A stretch of 64,000 nt of DNA, from assembly GCF_963921235.1 (NCBI RefSeq), contig NC_086097.1:7378001-7442000 (forward strand), read 5' to 3'. The stretch comes from Mobula hypostoma (Eukaryota). The notes under the pieces were generated by a model that ran no database searches, was not told the DNA's origin, and saw nothing but the letters and a program-made list of their open reading frames with translations. The translations under genes were made by a program, and so were the position numbers. Of the stretch, positions 34,995 through 47,315 are shown in pieces. Every line of letters starts with the position of its first letter. The first letter of the stretch is position 1.

Positions 34995-37500
34995 AGACCA
35001 TAATTACAGGAGCCAGAATTAGCTGTTCAGCCCATCAAATCTGTACCACTATTTCAGCATGGCTGATTTATTTTCCTTCTCAACCCCATACTCCTGGCTT
35101 CTTCCCATACCTTTGACACTCTGACTAATCAAGAACCTATCAAACCCTGTTTTAAATATACCTAATAACTTGGCTTCCACAGTCATTTGTGGCAATGAAT
35201 TTCACAGATTCACCACCTGCTGGCTAAAGAAATACCTGCTCATCTCTGTTCTAAAAGGACGCCTCTCTATTCTGAGTCTGTGCCTTCTCATCCTAGACTC
35301 ACTGACTATTGGAACCATCATCTCCACAAACACTCTGTTCAGGTTTTCCAATATTTGATGGGTTTCAATGGCATCCCCCCTCATTTTTCTGAACTCCAGC
35401 GAATACCGGACAAGAACCATCAAATGTTTCTTATATGTTAACCCTTTCATTCCTGGAATGATTCTTGTGAACTTCCTTTGGACCCTCTCAAATGACAACA
35501 TATCTTTTCTCAGATAAGGGGTCCAAAGCTGCTCTAAATATTACTAGTGCAGTCTGACCATTGCTTTATAAAGCCTAGTCATCACACCGTCTTATATTCT
35601 AGTCCTTTCAAAATGAATGTTAATATTGCATTTACCTTCCTTACCATTAAATCAACCTCCAAGTTACCATTTAGGGAACCATGCACAATGAATCCCAAAG
35701 TCATTTGCTTTTTAATTTTCTCCCCATTTAGAAAGTAGTCTATGCCTTTATTCCTTCTACTAAAGTGCTGACCATCGGCTTCCCTACACTATATTCTATC
35801 TGTCAGTTCTTTATACTCACCTTCTGCAAGCTCCCTGCTTCCTCAACACTACCCGCCCTTCACCTGTCTTTGTATCTTCTGCAAACTTAGATACAAAGCC
35901 ATTGATTACATCGTGCAAATCATTGACATATATGTGAAAGAAGCATCCCAATACCAACTCCTGTGGAACAGCACTAGTCACTGGCAGCCAACCAGAAAAG
36001 GATCTCTTTATTCTGACTCTGCCTCCTGTCAGTCAGCCAATCTTCTACCCATGCTGGTAGCTTTCTTATAATACCATGGGCTCTTATCTTGTTAAGTAAC
36101 CTCATGTGCAGAAAACCTTGTCAAATGCCTTCAAAAAAACAGTCAAAAACATCCACTGTCTCTCCTTTGTCTATCTTGTCTGGTATTTCCTCAAAGAATT
36201 CTGACAGATTTGTCAGGCAAGATTTTCTTTTTAGAAAACCATTCTGACTTTGGGCTCCAAGTACCCTGAAACCATATCCTTAAAATTCGTCTTCAACATT
36301 TTCCCAACCAATGAGGTCAGATTAACTGATTTGTAGTTTTCTTTCTTCTGCATCTCTCCCTTCTTGAAGAGTGGAGTGACATTTGCAATTTTCCATTCTC
36401 TCAAAACTATGCCAGAATCAATTGATTCTTGAAAGGTCATTATTAATGTCTTCACAATCTCTTCAGCTACCTCTTTCAGAAACCTGGGGTGTAGTCCATC
36501 TGGTCCAAGTGACTTATCTACCTTCAGACCTTTTAGCTTCTCAAGCACCATCTCCTTAGTAATAGCAACGATTACACTTCTGCCTCTGACACTCTTGCTT
36601 TTCTGACATTATGCTAGTGACATCCACAGTGAAGACTGATGGAAAATACTTATTCAATTCTGCCATTTCCTTGTCTCACATTACTACCTCTCCAGCATCA
36701 CTTTCCAGTAGTCCAATATTTACTCTTGTCTCTCTTTTACACTTTATATATCTGAAGAAACCTTTGGTATCTTTTTTAATATTATTGCTAAGCATACCTT
36801 AATCCTTCATCTTTTCTCTCTTTATGTTTTTTTTTATTTGCTTTCTGTTGGTGATGAAAAGCTGCCCAATCCTCTACCTTCCCACTAATTTTTGCTCTAC
36901 TCTTTGACCTTTCTTTTGCTTTTATGTTGGCTTTGACTTCTCCTGTCAGTCATGGTTGGCTCACCTTCCCTTTAAAATTCTTCTTTTTCTTCGGGATGTA
37001 TCTATCCTGAGCCTTCCAAATTGTTTCCCGAAACTCCAGCCATTGCTGTACTGCCATCATCCCTGCTAGTGTCCCCTTCCAATCAGTTTTGGCCAGTTCC
37101 TCTCTCATGCCTCTGTAAATTCGCTTTACTCTACTGTAATACTGATACATCTGATGTTAGTTTCTGCCTCTCAAATTGCAGGCTGAATTTGCTCATACTT
37201 AGATCTTTGCCACTTAACCTATTAAGTTCCCTAATCAGTCCAGTTCCTTTCACAACACCCAGTCCTGAAATGCCTTTCCCATAGTGAACTCAATCACAGG
37301 CTTCTCTGAAAAATATTTCTTAAGCATTCTACTAATTTCCCCCTCTTGGGATCCAGCACCAGCCAGATTCTGCCTCTTGACCTGCATATTGAAATCCCCC
37401 ATAACTATCGTAACATTGCCCTTATTACATGCCTTTTCTGTCTCCCAGTTTCATTTATATCCCATATTCTGGCTACTGTTCCAGGGCCCTGTATAGACTT
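34995..37500 (-). mobile_element. Older CR1 (endonuclease through 3' end), many disruptions
   Basis: LKGLKVDKSLGPDGLHPR, WKIANVTPLFKKG, ERVQRKFTRIIPG. Confidence 0.9.
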
Positions 37501-37629
37501 TTAATGCACTGGCTTCTCTGATGGGATTCAAATTTATCTCACTGAATTGTCTTTCCAGAGCTTATGCCTGGCAGTCCACTGATAAAAATCACCTTGTCAC
37601 TATTTTCAAGAGCCCTAAGTTGCAGAGTA

Positions 37630-38084
37630 GGGTGGCGGGGTGGAGATACGCTTCTGCCGAAGAAGGTGCAAGGTGCTCCTTCCCTCCGCTGGTTGAAGGT
37701 CACCCTTGGGCAAGGTATGGCGTCTGCTCGGCACCCGGGATCAGGCTCACGTGAAGCAATGGGAGCGAGTGGTGGATGGTCGGATGAGCAGCCGGCGTAT
37801 ATCACAGGTCCTGGTTATGTGACCACTGCTGTCAGGCAGACAGTCTCCGAAGAGTATAGGTAATGGCTGGGGTCACCCGTTTTGTAAAGATACTGCCCAA
37901 AAGAAAAGAAAGCAATGGCAAACCACTGTCATTACAGGCACAACAAATTGGCCAAGAACAATTATGGTTATAGATAGAGCAACTGCGTGAAGATAGTCTT
38001 TCCCACAGACAACGATCCCTCACTCAATAGACAGATTAAAGACAGATGAAAGACCCTGTTCACTCACTTCACACAACATAACAT

Positions 38085-38125
<41 letters not shown>
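37630..38125 (+). mobile_element. RTE-related non-autonomous element with (gat)n tail
   Basis: Same 5' end gggtggcggggtggaga as the copy at 2733; gcaatggcaaaccac motif. Confidence 0.8.
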
Positions 38126-38934
38126 AGGGTTAAAGAAATAAACTGACCATGTGATGAATTAAATGGTAACGTATTCATATAATCTATTAAGCAGTAAAAT
38201 TGAAGCTGCTCTTGATGGTGACATCTTTGTAATTTACATAAAACAGAAGTGATTAGACTTTTATGTTCAATTCAACGAGGAAAATACTTGCATTTATATA
38301 TTGTCTTCAGTATCACTTTCAGCACATGAAAGTAAATAGCAGTCAATGCAAATCTTTGTGATGTAGCATGGTTATAATCTCCCGTTTGCACTGATCAAGC
38401 TCCCACAATCTGCAACTGATAACAAGCAGGCAATTTGTTTCATTCAGTGAAGTAGATTGGGCGATAAATTTTGTTCTCAAGTCTTGGAATCATCTGATTC
38501 TACATACTGAGCTCCAGCTGACACTGTAAATTAAATGACATCCAGCTAAAAGGGAAATGGTTGACGAAGGAGAATTTACAGTATCTGTGAATGGGACTTT
38601 AATTGCTTCTCTGCTTCTTGATGGAGCTGCAAAGTTCACCAGCTGTCACTTTTGCTTGGAAGTGCAGGCACAACAGATGCACACAATTGTAAATGGACAA
38701 GTATTGTGTCCCCAGAGGCAGAGGCCATGCATTCCTGTCATTACCTCCTTCAAGGAACTGTGAGTAACCTTGTTATGAAGTATGGTTGAGGAACTGTGTA
38801 AGGATGAGTTCTCAGAGAGCAGAAAATTCATCTGAGAGGGCAAATACTCATATAGAGTGTAAATCTCATGCCAGATTCTTATGGTATAGCCCACACCACA
38901 CACTGCTGGCAGTTAAACCTCCATTAACTTTATT

Positions 38935-39205
38935 TATTCATACAGTGAAAAGTCAGCCCTTCCGGCCTTTCACTGCAGCAGCCACCAACAACCCCAAAAT
39001 AATGCTAACCTAATCCCAGAACAATTTTTTATGATCAATTAATCTACCTGGATTGTCTTTGGACTTGTGGGAAGAAATTGGAAAACCCATGCATTCGACG
39101 AGCACACTCAGAGACTCCTTGCATTGGCGCCAGGACTGAACTCCAAACTCAGACGTCCCGAGCAGTAATAGTGTCATGGTAACAGCTACACTACCATGGC
39201 ACCCA
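38935..39205 (-). mobile_element. tRNA-derived V-SINE
   Basis: Reverse complement ggtagtgtagctgtta..gagttcagtcc..tcccacaagtccaaagac. Confidence 0.7.
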
Positions 39206-39594
39206 TTAATGATCCGCAGCAAAATGAAATATTTTATATGAAACTACTTGTATTTTGTTAATTAGACTGTGGCTTTATTCTCCAATTTTCTTCCCTTTTA
39301 ATGACTTCCAGATCATGTCACTCACTTCAACACTGAACTATGGACACATTTTCGAGGACTCTACAACTCATGTTCTCAATATTATTTATTTATTGTTATT
39401 ATTAGTTTTTTTTAATTGCATAGTTTGCCTTCTTATGTACATTGTTTTTTTGTATGTCTTTTTCATTGTTTCTATTGTGTTTCTTCTGTATCTACCGTGA
39501 ATGCTTGCAAGAAAATGAATCTCAGTATGTGAGGACATATGCATGCTTTGAAAGTGCATTTACTTTAAGCTTTGAGATCCAATGACAAGATAAC

Positions 39595-39915
39595 AAGAGA
39601 GCCTTCCATTTATATAACTCTTTCATGACCTTTACAGAAGAGCTGAAGTTGTTTTACAGCTAGTGTTGTACTTTAGAGGTTTAAACATTTATCCAACGCT
39701 GGAAACTCAGTAACTAATTTGAACACAGCTAAGGTCTCCCAATCTGTGATAAGATATGATCAAATAATTTGATTTTAAGAAATGTTTACTGACTTCTAAG
39801 CACTAGTCAAGACAGATTGAAGATAATACTCCCATTTTCCTTCAAAATAGCGCCAGATTCTGCATGTTGACTTGAGAAGTCAGACCATTTCTAGTTTTAT
39901 ACCTCTGCAAAATTT
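39595..39915 (-). mobile_element. Ancient DeuSINE (SacSINE1-like) remnant
   Basis: catttatataactctttcatgacc..aatttgaacacagc..ccttcaaaatagcgcca resembles the Deu-domain SINE by eye. Confidence 0.55.
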
Positions 39916-40840
39916 CATCTTGGTGAGATCAAACATTGATAAGTCATGTTATACCTCTATAAAACTCTGAATAGAAATTAGAGAACTTAGAATTTAGAGA
40001 ACTGAGCACAGTTTCAAATGATGCATTTCAGGACGGATTTATCTGATTCAGAATCATAATCAAGTTTAATATCATTGGCATAGGTCATGAAATATGCTGA
40101 TTTGCAGCAGCAGTATATTGTGATAAATAAATATTTAAAAACTATAAATTATAATAAGAAATATACAACGTGTATGTATAAAGTTCAAAAGTTCAGGAAA
40201 TTAGTTTAAATTGCAAAGTAAACTTTATTATCAAAGTACATATATATCACCATATACAACCTTGAGATTCATTTCCCTGTGGGCATACTCAGCAAATCTA
40301 TAGAATAGTAACTCTAACAGGATCAATGAAAGATCAACCAGAGTTCGGGAGATAAAAAAACTGTGCAAAGACAAATATAACTAAATAGCAATAAATAATG
40401 AAAACTTGAGATAATGAGATAAAGAGTCCTTAAAGTGAGATCATTGGTTGTAGGAACGTTTCAATGATGAGGCAAGTGAGTGTAGTTATTGTCTTCCATT
40501 CAAGAGCCTGATTGTTGAGGGGTAGTAACTGTTCCTGTACAGATTGGTAGGTGCTTGGAGCTCACTGCCTGGGGAAATGATGGAATAGGTATGACACTAA
40601 CATTTAAGAGGTATTTACAGTTGCTTAATATAATTTATATATATATGTAAGATACAGCTGCTGCAAAACAACAAGCTTCATGACATATGGCAGTGATATT
40701 ATCAGACAATTTGTATTGAATGACTTTGAATTAAGAGGATTAGGAGCCAGTACACAGCACTGGCTACTGATCAGGGACCTTCCAGAGTGAAATGAATTGG
40801 ATGTGAGAGGGCATGAAAACAAGAAATTTTCTAGGCAGTT

Positions 40841-41224
40841 CGCACAACACGCTGGAGGAACTCAGCAGGTGGGGCAGCATCCGTGGAAACGAACAGTCAA
40901 CGTTTTGGGCCGAGACCCTTCATCAGGACTGAAGAGGGAGGGGGTAGGGGGCCTATAAAGCAGGTGGGGGGAGGGTGGGAAGGAGAAGGCTGGTAGGTGC
41001 CAGATGAAAAACCAGTAAGGGGAAAGATAAAGGGGTGGAGGAGGGGAAGCAGGGAAGGGATAGGCAGGAAAGGTGAAGAAGGAATAGGGAAAACACAATG
41101 GGCAGTAGAAGGAGGCAGAACCATGAGGGAGGTGAGAGGCAGCTGGAGGAGGGGGCATAGTGAAACTGGGATGAGGGAAGGGAGGGGGAGGGAATTACTG
41201 GAAGTTGGAGAATTCAGTGTTCTC
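40841..41224 (-). mobile_element. Penelope pLTR fragment; hammerhead at 40894-40931 with GAAA changed to AAAA
   Basis: 10-bp TSD ctaggcagtt (40831-40840 / 41225-41234). Confidence 0.88.
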
Positions 41225-41524
41225 CTAGGCAGTTGAAAGGCATTTGAAGAATCTTTGGAAGGTATAACTAAAGCTGAAGAAGTGTGAAAGTAGAATAAGG
41301 AAGGAGAAAGATCATCCATGTGCAATGTAAACCTTCCACCAAGTATCTGAGATAGAACATTAATAATCAACGTAGAGAACATAATATGAACAAAATAGAT
41401 GGGCTGAATGGCTCTCTAGCCTTTAGATTTTGCTGTGCTATAATTGACTTAATAACTAAAAAGCATTTCTACATAGACATTTTGCCAAAACCTGAAGCAA
41501 TACTACTTATGCAAATAAAGGAAT

Positions 41525-41845
41525 CAATGCCTAGAATTGATTTTAAAGTTTCCTTGCATGTTTTTAAAGCTCTTAATGGTTCGGGAGCAGAGTACATCAC
41601 AGAATCACCATTGTAATAAAATCTGCTCGAGCTCTCAGATCTTCTTCTGCCAGTCTCTTAAATTTAAACAATCTACCTTAAAAGAAAATTGGCAGGTCAG
41701 CTTTGTTGAATTACACACCTAAACTGTGGATTCATCGATAAAACTGTGAGGGATACAGACTCAGTTGACACTTTTAAATTCCAACGCCAACTCAAAACCT
41801 GTGTATGAAAAGTGCTCTACAAATAAGCTAACATTATTATTGTTG
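41525..41845 (+). mobile_element. L2 LINE 3' fragment
   Basis: RIDFKVSLHVFKALNG..EYI; aaagtgctctacaaataa tail. Confidence 0.75.
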
Positions 41846-43204
41846 TATTTTTTTCTCAGCTCAAAGTGTAAAATATGAGATTAAGGCATAGTTAAGCACA
41901 CTCATTTCTCAATTGCTAGGAACATTCAGACCATTCTAGTGGTGTTTAGTATTGTGCCTTTCTGAAGATTTATCTAGATATTACTGTGTAGCCCTAATTG
42001 TTTAATGCTATTGTGTAGTGCCTTTGGGATGATACCCATCTAACTATTTAACTATTTAATTATTTATTATTTATGGTGCAACTGTAACAAAAAACAATTT
42101 CCCCCGGATCAATAAAGTACGACTATGACTAGGACTATTATCAGGACAAGGTGTACACTGTTCATATTCCATAGTCTTTCAATTTCCTCTTTTCACTCAG
42201 CATATTTCTGGTGCGTTTCACTTATTAAGTTATGTGTATCCGGAATGGCGATATCTATTAAGTAAGTTGCTCTTGCTTGTTTATCCTGTACTATTAGATA
42301 GATTATCAGAATTGGATTTACTTAAATGGAGTGCTGAATCCTGTTTTCATTGATGAAAATATATCCTTAGAAGTTTTATCTGCAATATTAGTTCAGCCTG
42401 AGACAGAAGCACCAGCCTCACTGACACCGACCATCCTGTGTCACAAATGTATCAACTAATCCCTTCTTTCCTCATTTCCTCCACCAATCCTATCACTGAC
42501 CAGAAACTTTTGGATCATTTGGATCTTTTTTGGGACTGAGATGACCTGTAAAAGAGGAATGGATTGCACCTGAATTGGGGGGGGGGAATGGGAGGTACAA
42601 GATTAACAACCTGGTCCAGGTCCCAGTGCTTTAGGCAGGATGGAGGCGGAGGAGAAAGAGGATGGACAGCAGTGTTTCCCCTGAGCTGCAAGGGTGCATG
42701 AGTATGAAGGAACTGAAATGCTCCCACACCCACAGCCTTCGTTGCTGTGCAGCTGAAATTTTCTTAACTTTTAAACACAAAGTGCTGCGCAGCTTTCAGG
42801 CCATGTAAAAATTTCCTGTTCAGTGCAATAGTTGGTCTGCGCAGCTGTAAAAAAAATAAATGCAATATTGATGGGGAAATGCATTTTATGATTAAAGGGA
42901 ATATCACAGCTGTTGTCAGAACTGGTGGAAAATGCAATGAGATTTTATAGGTGGAGCTGAGAAATAAGAAGGAGATGCTCATATTGTTGGGATTGATGCT
43001 AAAATACATCCTAGGATACGCAGGGACACATCATCTGTGATGCAACCTGGGGTCGTCGGGTGTTTTGGCTCTTCCGACAACAGACTCTCTTGCCAGGAAC
43101 ACCCATTCATGGTTGATCAGGCCCTGACTTGTGTCCCAGCAGCACTGGTCCACGGGTCACACCTCTTGATCTACAGCCATCCGGAGACCCGCTCCTAAAT
43201 AGGC

Positions 43205-43345
43205 AAGTCACAAACAAGAGGAAATCTGCAGATGCTGACAATCAAAGTGATACACGCAAAATGCTGGAGGAACTCAGCAGGCCAGGCAGCATCTATGGAA
43301 AAGAGCAAACAGTTGATGTTTTGTGCTGAGAACCTTCATCGGGAT
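43205..43345 (-). mobile_element. Short Penelope pLTR fragment
   Basis: aaatctgcagatgctg..gctggaggaactcagcaggccaggcagcatc..ccttcatc. Confidence 0.8.
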
Positions 43346-43407
43346 CTAAATAATTAATTGGAATTTGAAGAACACATTTGCAGGGAGATTCTGTTGAGCT
43401 GTACAAA

Positions 43408-43622
43408 TGATAGTAAGAATGAGCTGCCAGACCAGGTGGTAAATGCGGGTTCTTTTTTAACATTTAAGAATAAATTGGACAGATACACGGATGGGAGGTG
43501 TATGGAAGGATATGGTTCGTGTGCAGGTCAGTGGGACTAGGCAGAAAATAGTTCGGCACAGCCAAAAGGGCCAAAAGGCCTGTTTCTGTGCTGTAGTTTT
43601 TCTATGGTTTCTATGGTTTCTA
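43408..43622 (+). mobile_element. Short CR1 3' end
   Basis: NELPDQVVNAG..FKNKLDRY; (ttctatgg)n tail. Confidence 0.85.
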
Positions 43623-43663
43623 ATAATATTCCGAATATTATTCCTATTAATAATAATCCCAGT

Positions 43664-43847
43664 GGGGTGTATAGGGTGTCCAGAGAGAGAGGGGTTGCAC
43701 CTTTGGTGTATGGGCTTGTGTTGTTCAATCTTGGACAGCACACTCACCTTTGGACCCACTGGTCACCCGTGGCTCCAAGCTGTTGCTTGCATCCAACAGT
43801 GGCAACACTTCGATACACTGCTTCAACAGGCAGGCTAAGCCAGGTGA
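43664..43847 (+). ncRNA. Candidate HDV-like self-cleaving ribozyme (degenerate copy)
   Basis: P1, P2, P3, P4 and J4/2 GCTAA occur in the HDV order; details in findings. Confidence 0.6.
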
Positions 43848-43879
43848 GGACTCAACCCTTGTGAGATAGGGACATGTGC

Positions 43880-45445
43880 AGGAAAGACAGCAGAGCAGCA
43901 AAGGCTGGAGTTTCTGTGAAAATGAGGGAAGTGCAAGACAGATATATTCCAAATAAGAAGAAATTTTCAAAGGGAAGAAGGACACTACCGTGGCTGACAA
44001 GTGAAGTCAGAGCCAAAGTAAAAGCAAAAAAGAGGGCATACAAAGAAGCCAGAGCTAGTCAGAAGATAAAGGATTGAGGAGCTTTTAAAAACTTGCGGAA
44101 GGAAACTAAGAAGGTCATTCAGAAGGAAAAGATGAATTATGAGAGGAAGCTGGCGATTAATATCAAAGAAGATACTGAAAGCTTTTTTAAGTATATAAAG
44201 GGTAAAAGAGGGTCAAGGGCAGATATAGGACCAATACAAAATGACGGTGGAGATATTGTAATGAGAGACGCAGAGATGGCAGAGGAACTGAATGCGTATT
44301 TTGCATCAGTCTTCACAGTGGAAGACATCCGCAGTATACCGGTCATTAAAGAGTGTCAGGGAAATGAAGTTTGTGCAGTGCCAATTATGACTGAGAAGGT
44401 ACTCAGGAAGCTTATGGTCTGAGGGTGGATAAATCCCCTGCAACTGATAGAATGCACCCTTGGGTTCTGAAGGAAGTAGTTGGAGAGATTACGGAGGCAT
44501 AAATGATCATCTTTCAAGAATCAATAGATTCTGGCATTGTACCAGACAAATGGAAAATTGCAAATGTTACTCCACTATTTAAGAAGGGTTGGAGGCAGCA
44601 GAAAGGAAACTATAGACCTGTTAGCCTGACATCAGTGGTTGGGAATTTGTTGGAATTGATTGTTAGGGATGAGATTATGGAGTACCTGGAGGTACATGAC
44701 AAGATAGAGGATATACTTATATACACAGATACTGAATCTGTGGAATTCTCTGCCACAGCAAACTGTTGAGGCCAGTTCATTAGCTATGTTTAAAAGGAAG
44801 TTAGATATGGCCCTTGTGGCTACAGGGGTCAGGGGGTATGGAGGGAAGGCTGGGTTCTGAGTTGGATGATCAGCCATGATCATAATAAATGGCGGTGCAG
44901 GCTCGAAGGGCCGAATGGCCTACTCCTGCACCTATTTTCTATGTTTCTATGTTTCTATGTTTCTATATTGGAGAGGGTTCAGAGAAGTTTCACAAGAATG
45001 ATTCCAGGAATAAAGGGTTACCATATGAGGAATGTCTGTCAGCTCTTGGGCTGTATTCCCTGGACTTCCAAATGTTAAAAGGCCTGAACAGTTTCGATAT
45101 GGCAAAGTTATTTCTCATGGTAGAGGAGTCTAGGACAAGAGACAACGACTTCAGGATTGAAGGACATCCTTTTAGAACTGAAATGCAGAGAAATTACTTT
45201 AGTCAGAGGGTGATAATTCTGTGGTATTTGTTGCCATGAGCGGCTGTGGAGGTCAAGTCATTGGGTGCATTTAAGGCAGAGATAGATAGGTTCTTGATTA
45301 GCCAGGGCATCAAAGGGTATGGGGAGAAGGCAGGGGTATGGAGATGACTGGAAGAATTGAATCAGCCCATGATTGAATGGCGGAGCAGACTCGATGGGCC
45401 AAATAGTCTACTTCTGCTCCTATATCTTATGGTCTTATAGTTTTA
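43880..45445 (+). mobile_element. CR1 with internal deletion and a nested young CR1 3' end
   Basis: FFKYIKGKR, LNAYFASVF, NYRPVSLTS, then LERVQRSFTRM. Confidence 0.9.
44733..44966 (+). mobile_element. Very young CR1 3' end
   Basis: Essentially identical to the reverse complement of about 55416-55640; (tttctatg)n tail. Confidence 0.9.
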
Positions 45446-45720
45446 TGATCTAATGCCTGTCCTACCATGTGAAGTCAGTTCCAGTGGACTGGGAGGATGA
45501 GAACAGCAGTTAGATCAAATGGCCAGTTCTTCAATGCTCTATGGAAAGTGAAGGGCACGACAAGGTACATATGAATTCATGGTCATCGACTGCAACCAAG
45601 GAAGACCCCAGTTGTGATGACTACTCAAAGCTCGAGGTGTAGACTTCCATGGTTGAAAGAGTGGAACTATCCCAGTGCAACAGCTTTTCCACTTTAGAAA
45701 TTCTCCCTCACAGACTTCCT

Positions 45721-46002
45721 ATCAGAATCAGAATCAGAATCAGGTTTATTATCATTGGCATGTGATGTGAAATTTGTTAACTTAGCAGCAGCAGTTCAAT
45801 GCAATACATAATCTAGCAGAGAAAAAGATAATAAAGAAAATAAAAATAGTAATAATAATAAAAAAAAAAGTAAATCAATTACATTTGTATATATATTGAA
45901 TAGATTTTAAGAAATGTGCTAAAACAGAAATACTGTTTATTAAAAGAAAGTGAGGTAGTGTCTGAAGATTCAATGTCCATTTAGGAATGGAATGGCAGAG
46001 GG
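45721..46002 (-). mobile_element. Rex1/Babar 3' tail
   Basis: (atcaga)n followed by sequence colinear with the 28731-31645 host element. Confidence 0.8.
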
Positions 46003-46747
46003 TTCATTGCTGGATACAATGAACAATGATCCTAATGGTCCTAGTAAGGGATTTTAACTTTATTAACTTTGATAGGGTAAATCTTACTTGTATGGTAGGT
46101 CAGTCGATGAAGAGGTTTCTGAGGGATAAGAATCTAGGAAGATATAGGTTGTTCAAGGGTAATCAATGTGGCTTTGTGCTTAGGAATGGTGTCTTACAAA
46201 CTTGATTGATTTTTTTTTTGATGAAGGGACCAGGAAAGTTGATAAGGGCCGCTTGGTAGCTGTGGTTTATATGGACTTCAGTAAGTCCATTGATACAGTT
46301 CCACATGGTAGGCCCAATAGTAAGTGTTGCCTTAAAATCCTTCATTTGTATCTTTATCTTGTCTTGATATGCTTGGTGACCCTAGTTCTCAGGTTTGAAC
46401 AGAATTAGCCTTTCAAGTGCTGTGTTCAGCCTGGGTGACTGCACTGTGTCTGCACACTGTTTCTGTCAACTTATCATCTTCACTTGTTGTCCTAGTGAGC
46501 TTTAACACGCAGAGAGGCTGTACAAAGTGTCTCTGATCAGTTAGAACACCATTTTAACCCTTGCTCTGCTGGGATTTCCACAGAGGACCTTGGAGTGTTG
46601 GTACATGATTTGCTGAAAATGGAGTTATAGGTAAACAAATTGAGAAGAAGACATTTAGCATGTGGGCCTTCATCAGTTGGGCAATGAGTATAAAGTTCAG
46701 GAGGTCATGGTGCAGTTATGCAGCTGAGGCTGCACTTGGAGTCTTGT

Positions 46748-46900
46748 AACACACATCAAAGTTGCTGGTAAATGCAGCAGGCCAGGCAGCATCTCTAGGA
46801 AGACTGTACCTCTTCCTAGAGATGCTGCCTGGCCTGTTGCATTCACCAGCAACTTTGATGTGCCTTGCTTGAATTTCCAGCATCTGCAGATTTCCTCATG
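46748..46900. mobile_element. Fold-back Penelope pLTR insertion
   Basis: Exact 13-bp TSD cttggagtcttgt; 52-bp inverted arms. Confidence 0.92.
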
Positions 46901-47085
46901 CTTGGAGTCTTGTGTTCAGGTTTGATTGTCCTGCAATATCTAAGACTTTATTCAACTGGAAAGAGATCAGGAAAGATTTACAAGGGTGCTGCCAGAATTT
47001 GAGGGACTGAGCATAGGGAGAGATTGGACTAGCAAGCACCTTATTTGTGAGAGCATAGGAGATCATATAGAGGTGTAGTGAGCAT

Positions 47086-47315
47086 GAAGACCACAACCTT
47101 GTTGTTGGGTTTGAGAGCTTGTGTGCCTCAATAATCCAGAGAGCTCTGTTGGCTGGAGTCAGGGCTTTATGCTTTCACTCTTGGTAGGGTCGCCCATACC
47201 AAACAGCTTAAACTGTAGAGGCCAGACTAAGAGTGGTCCACCAGTTCTCCAGGTTTGGGTGTTCAGCTCAGGGCTAACAACCCTGACTGGTAAAACAAAA
47301 TTTTTATTGAAACAT
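47086..47315 (+). mobile_element. RTE (Expander/Rex3-like) 5' UTR fragment
   Basis: ccacaaccttgttgt..ggtagggtcgcccataccaaacag..ggccagactaagagtggtcc; reverse copy at 52500-52918. Confidence 0.7.

Larger units (their letters stand above)
43664..45720 (+). mobile_element. Retroelement 5' region, probably Ingi/Vingi-type, split by a CR1 (parts 43664-43876 and about 45453-45720)
   Basis: Related to 50128-50288 (-); gagatagggacatg|cctgtcctaccatgtgaag appears to continue across the CR1; family assignment is inference. Confidence 0.55.

Noticed and set aside
43621..43660. AT-rich hairpin aataatatt-ccg-aatattatt
   Set aside because: It is low complexity at a junction between two insertions, most likely filler or tail slippage, with no support for function.
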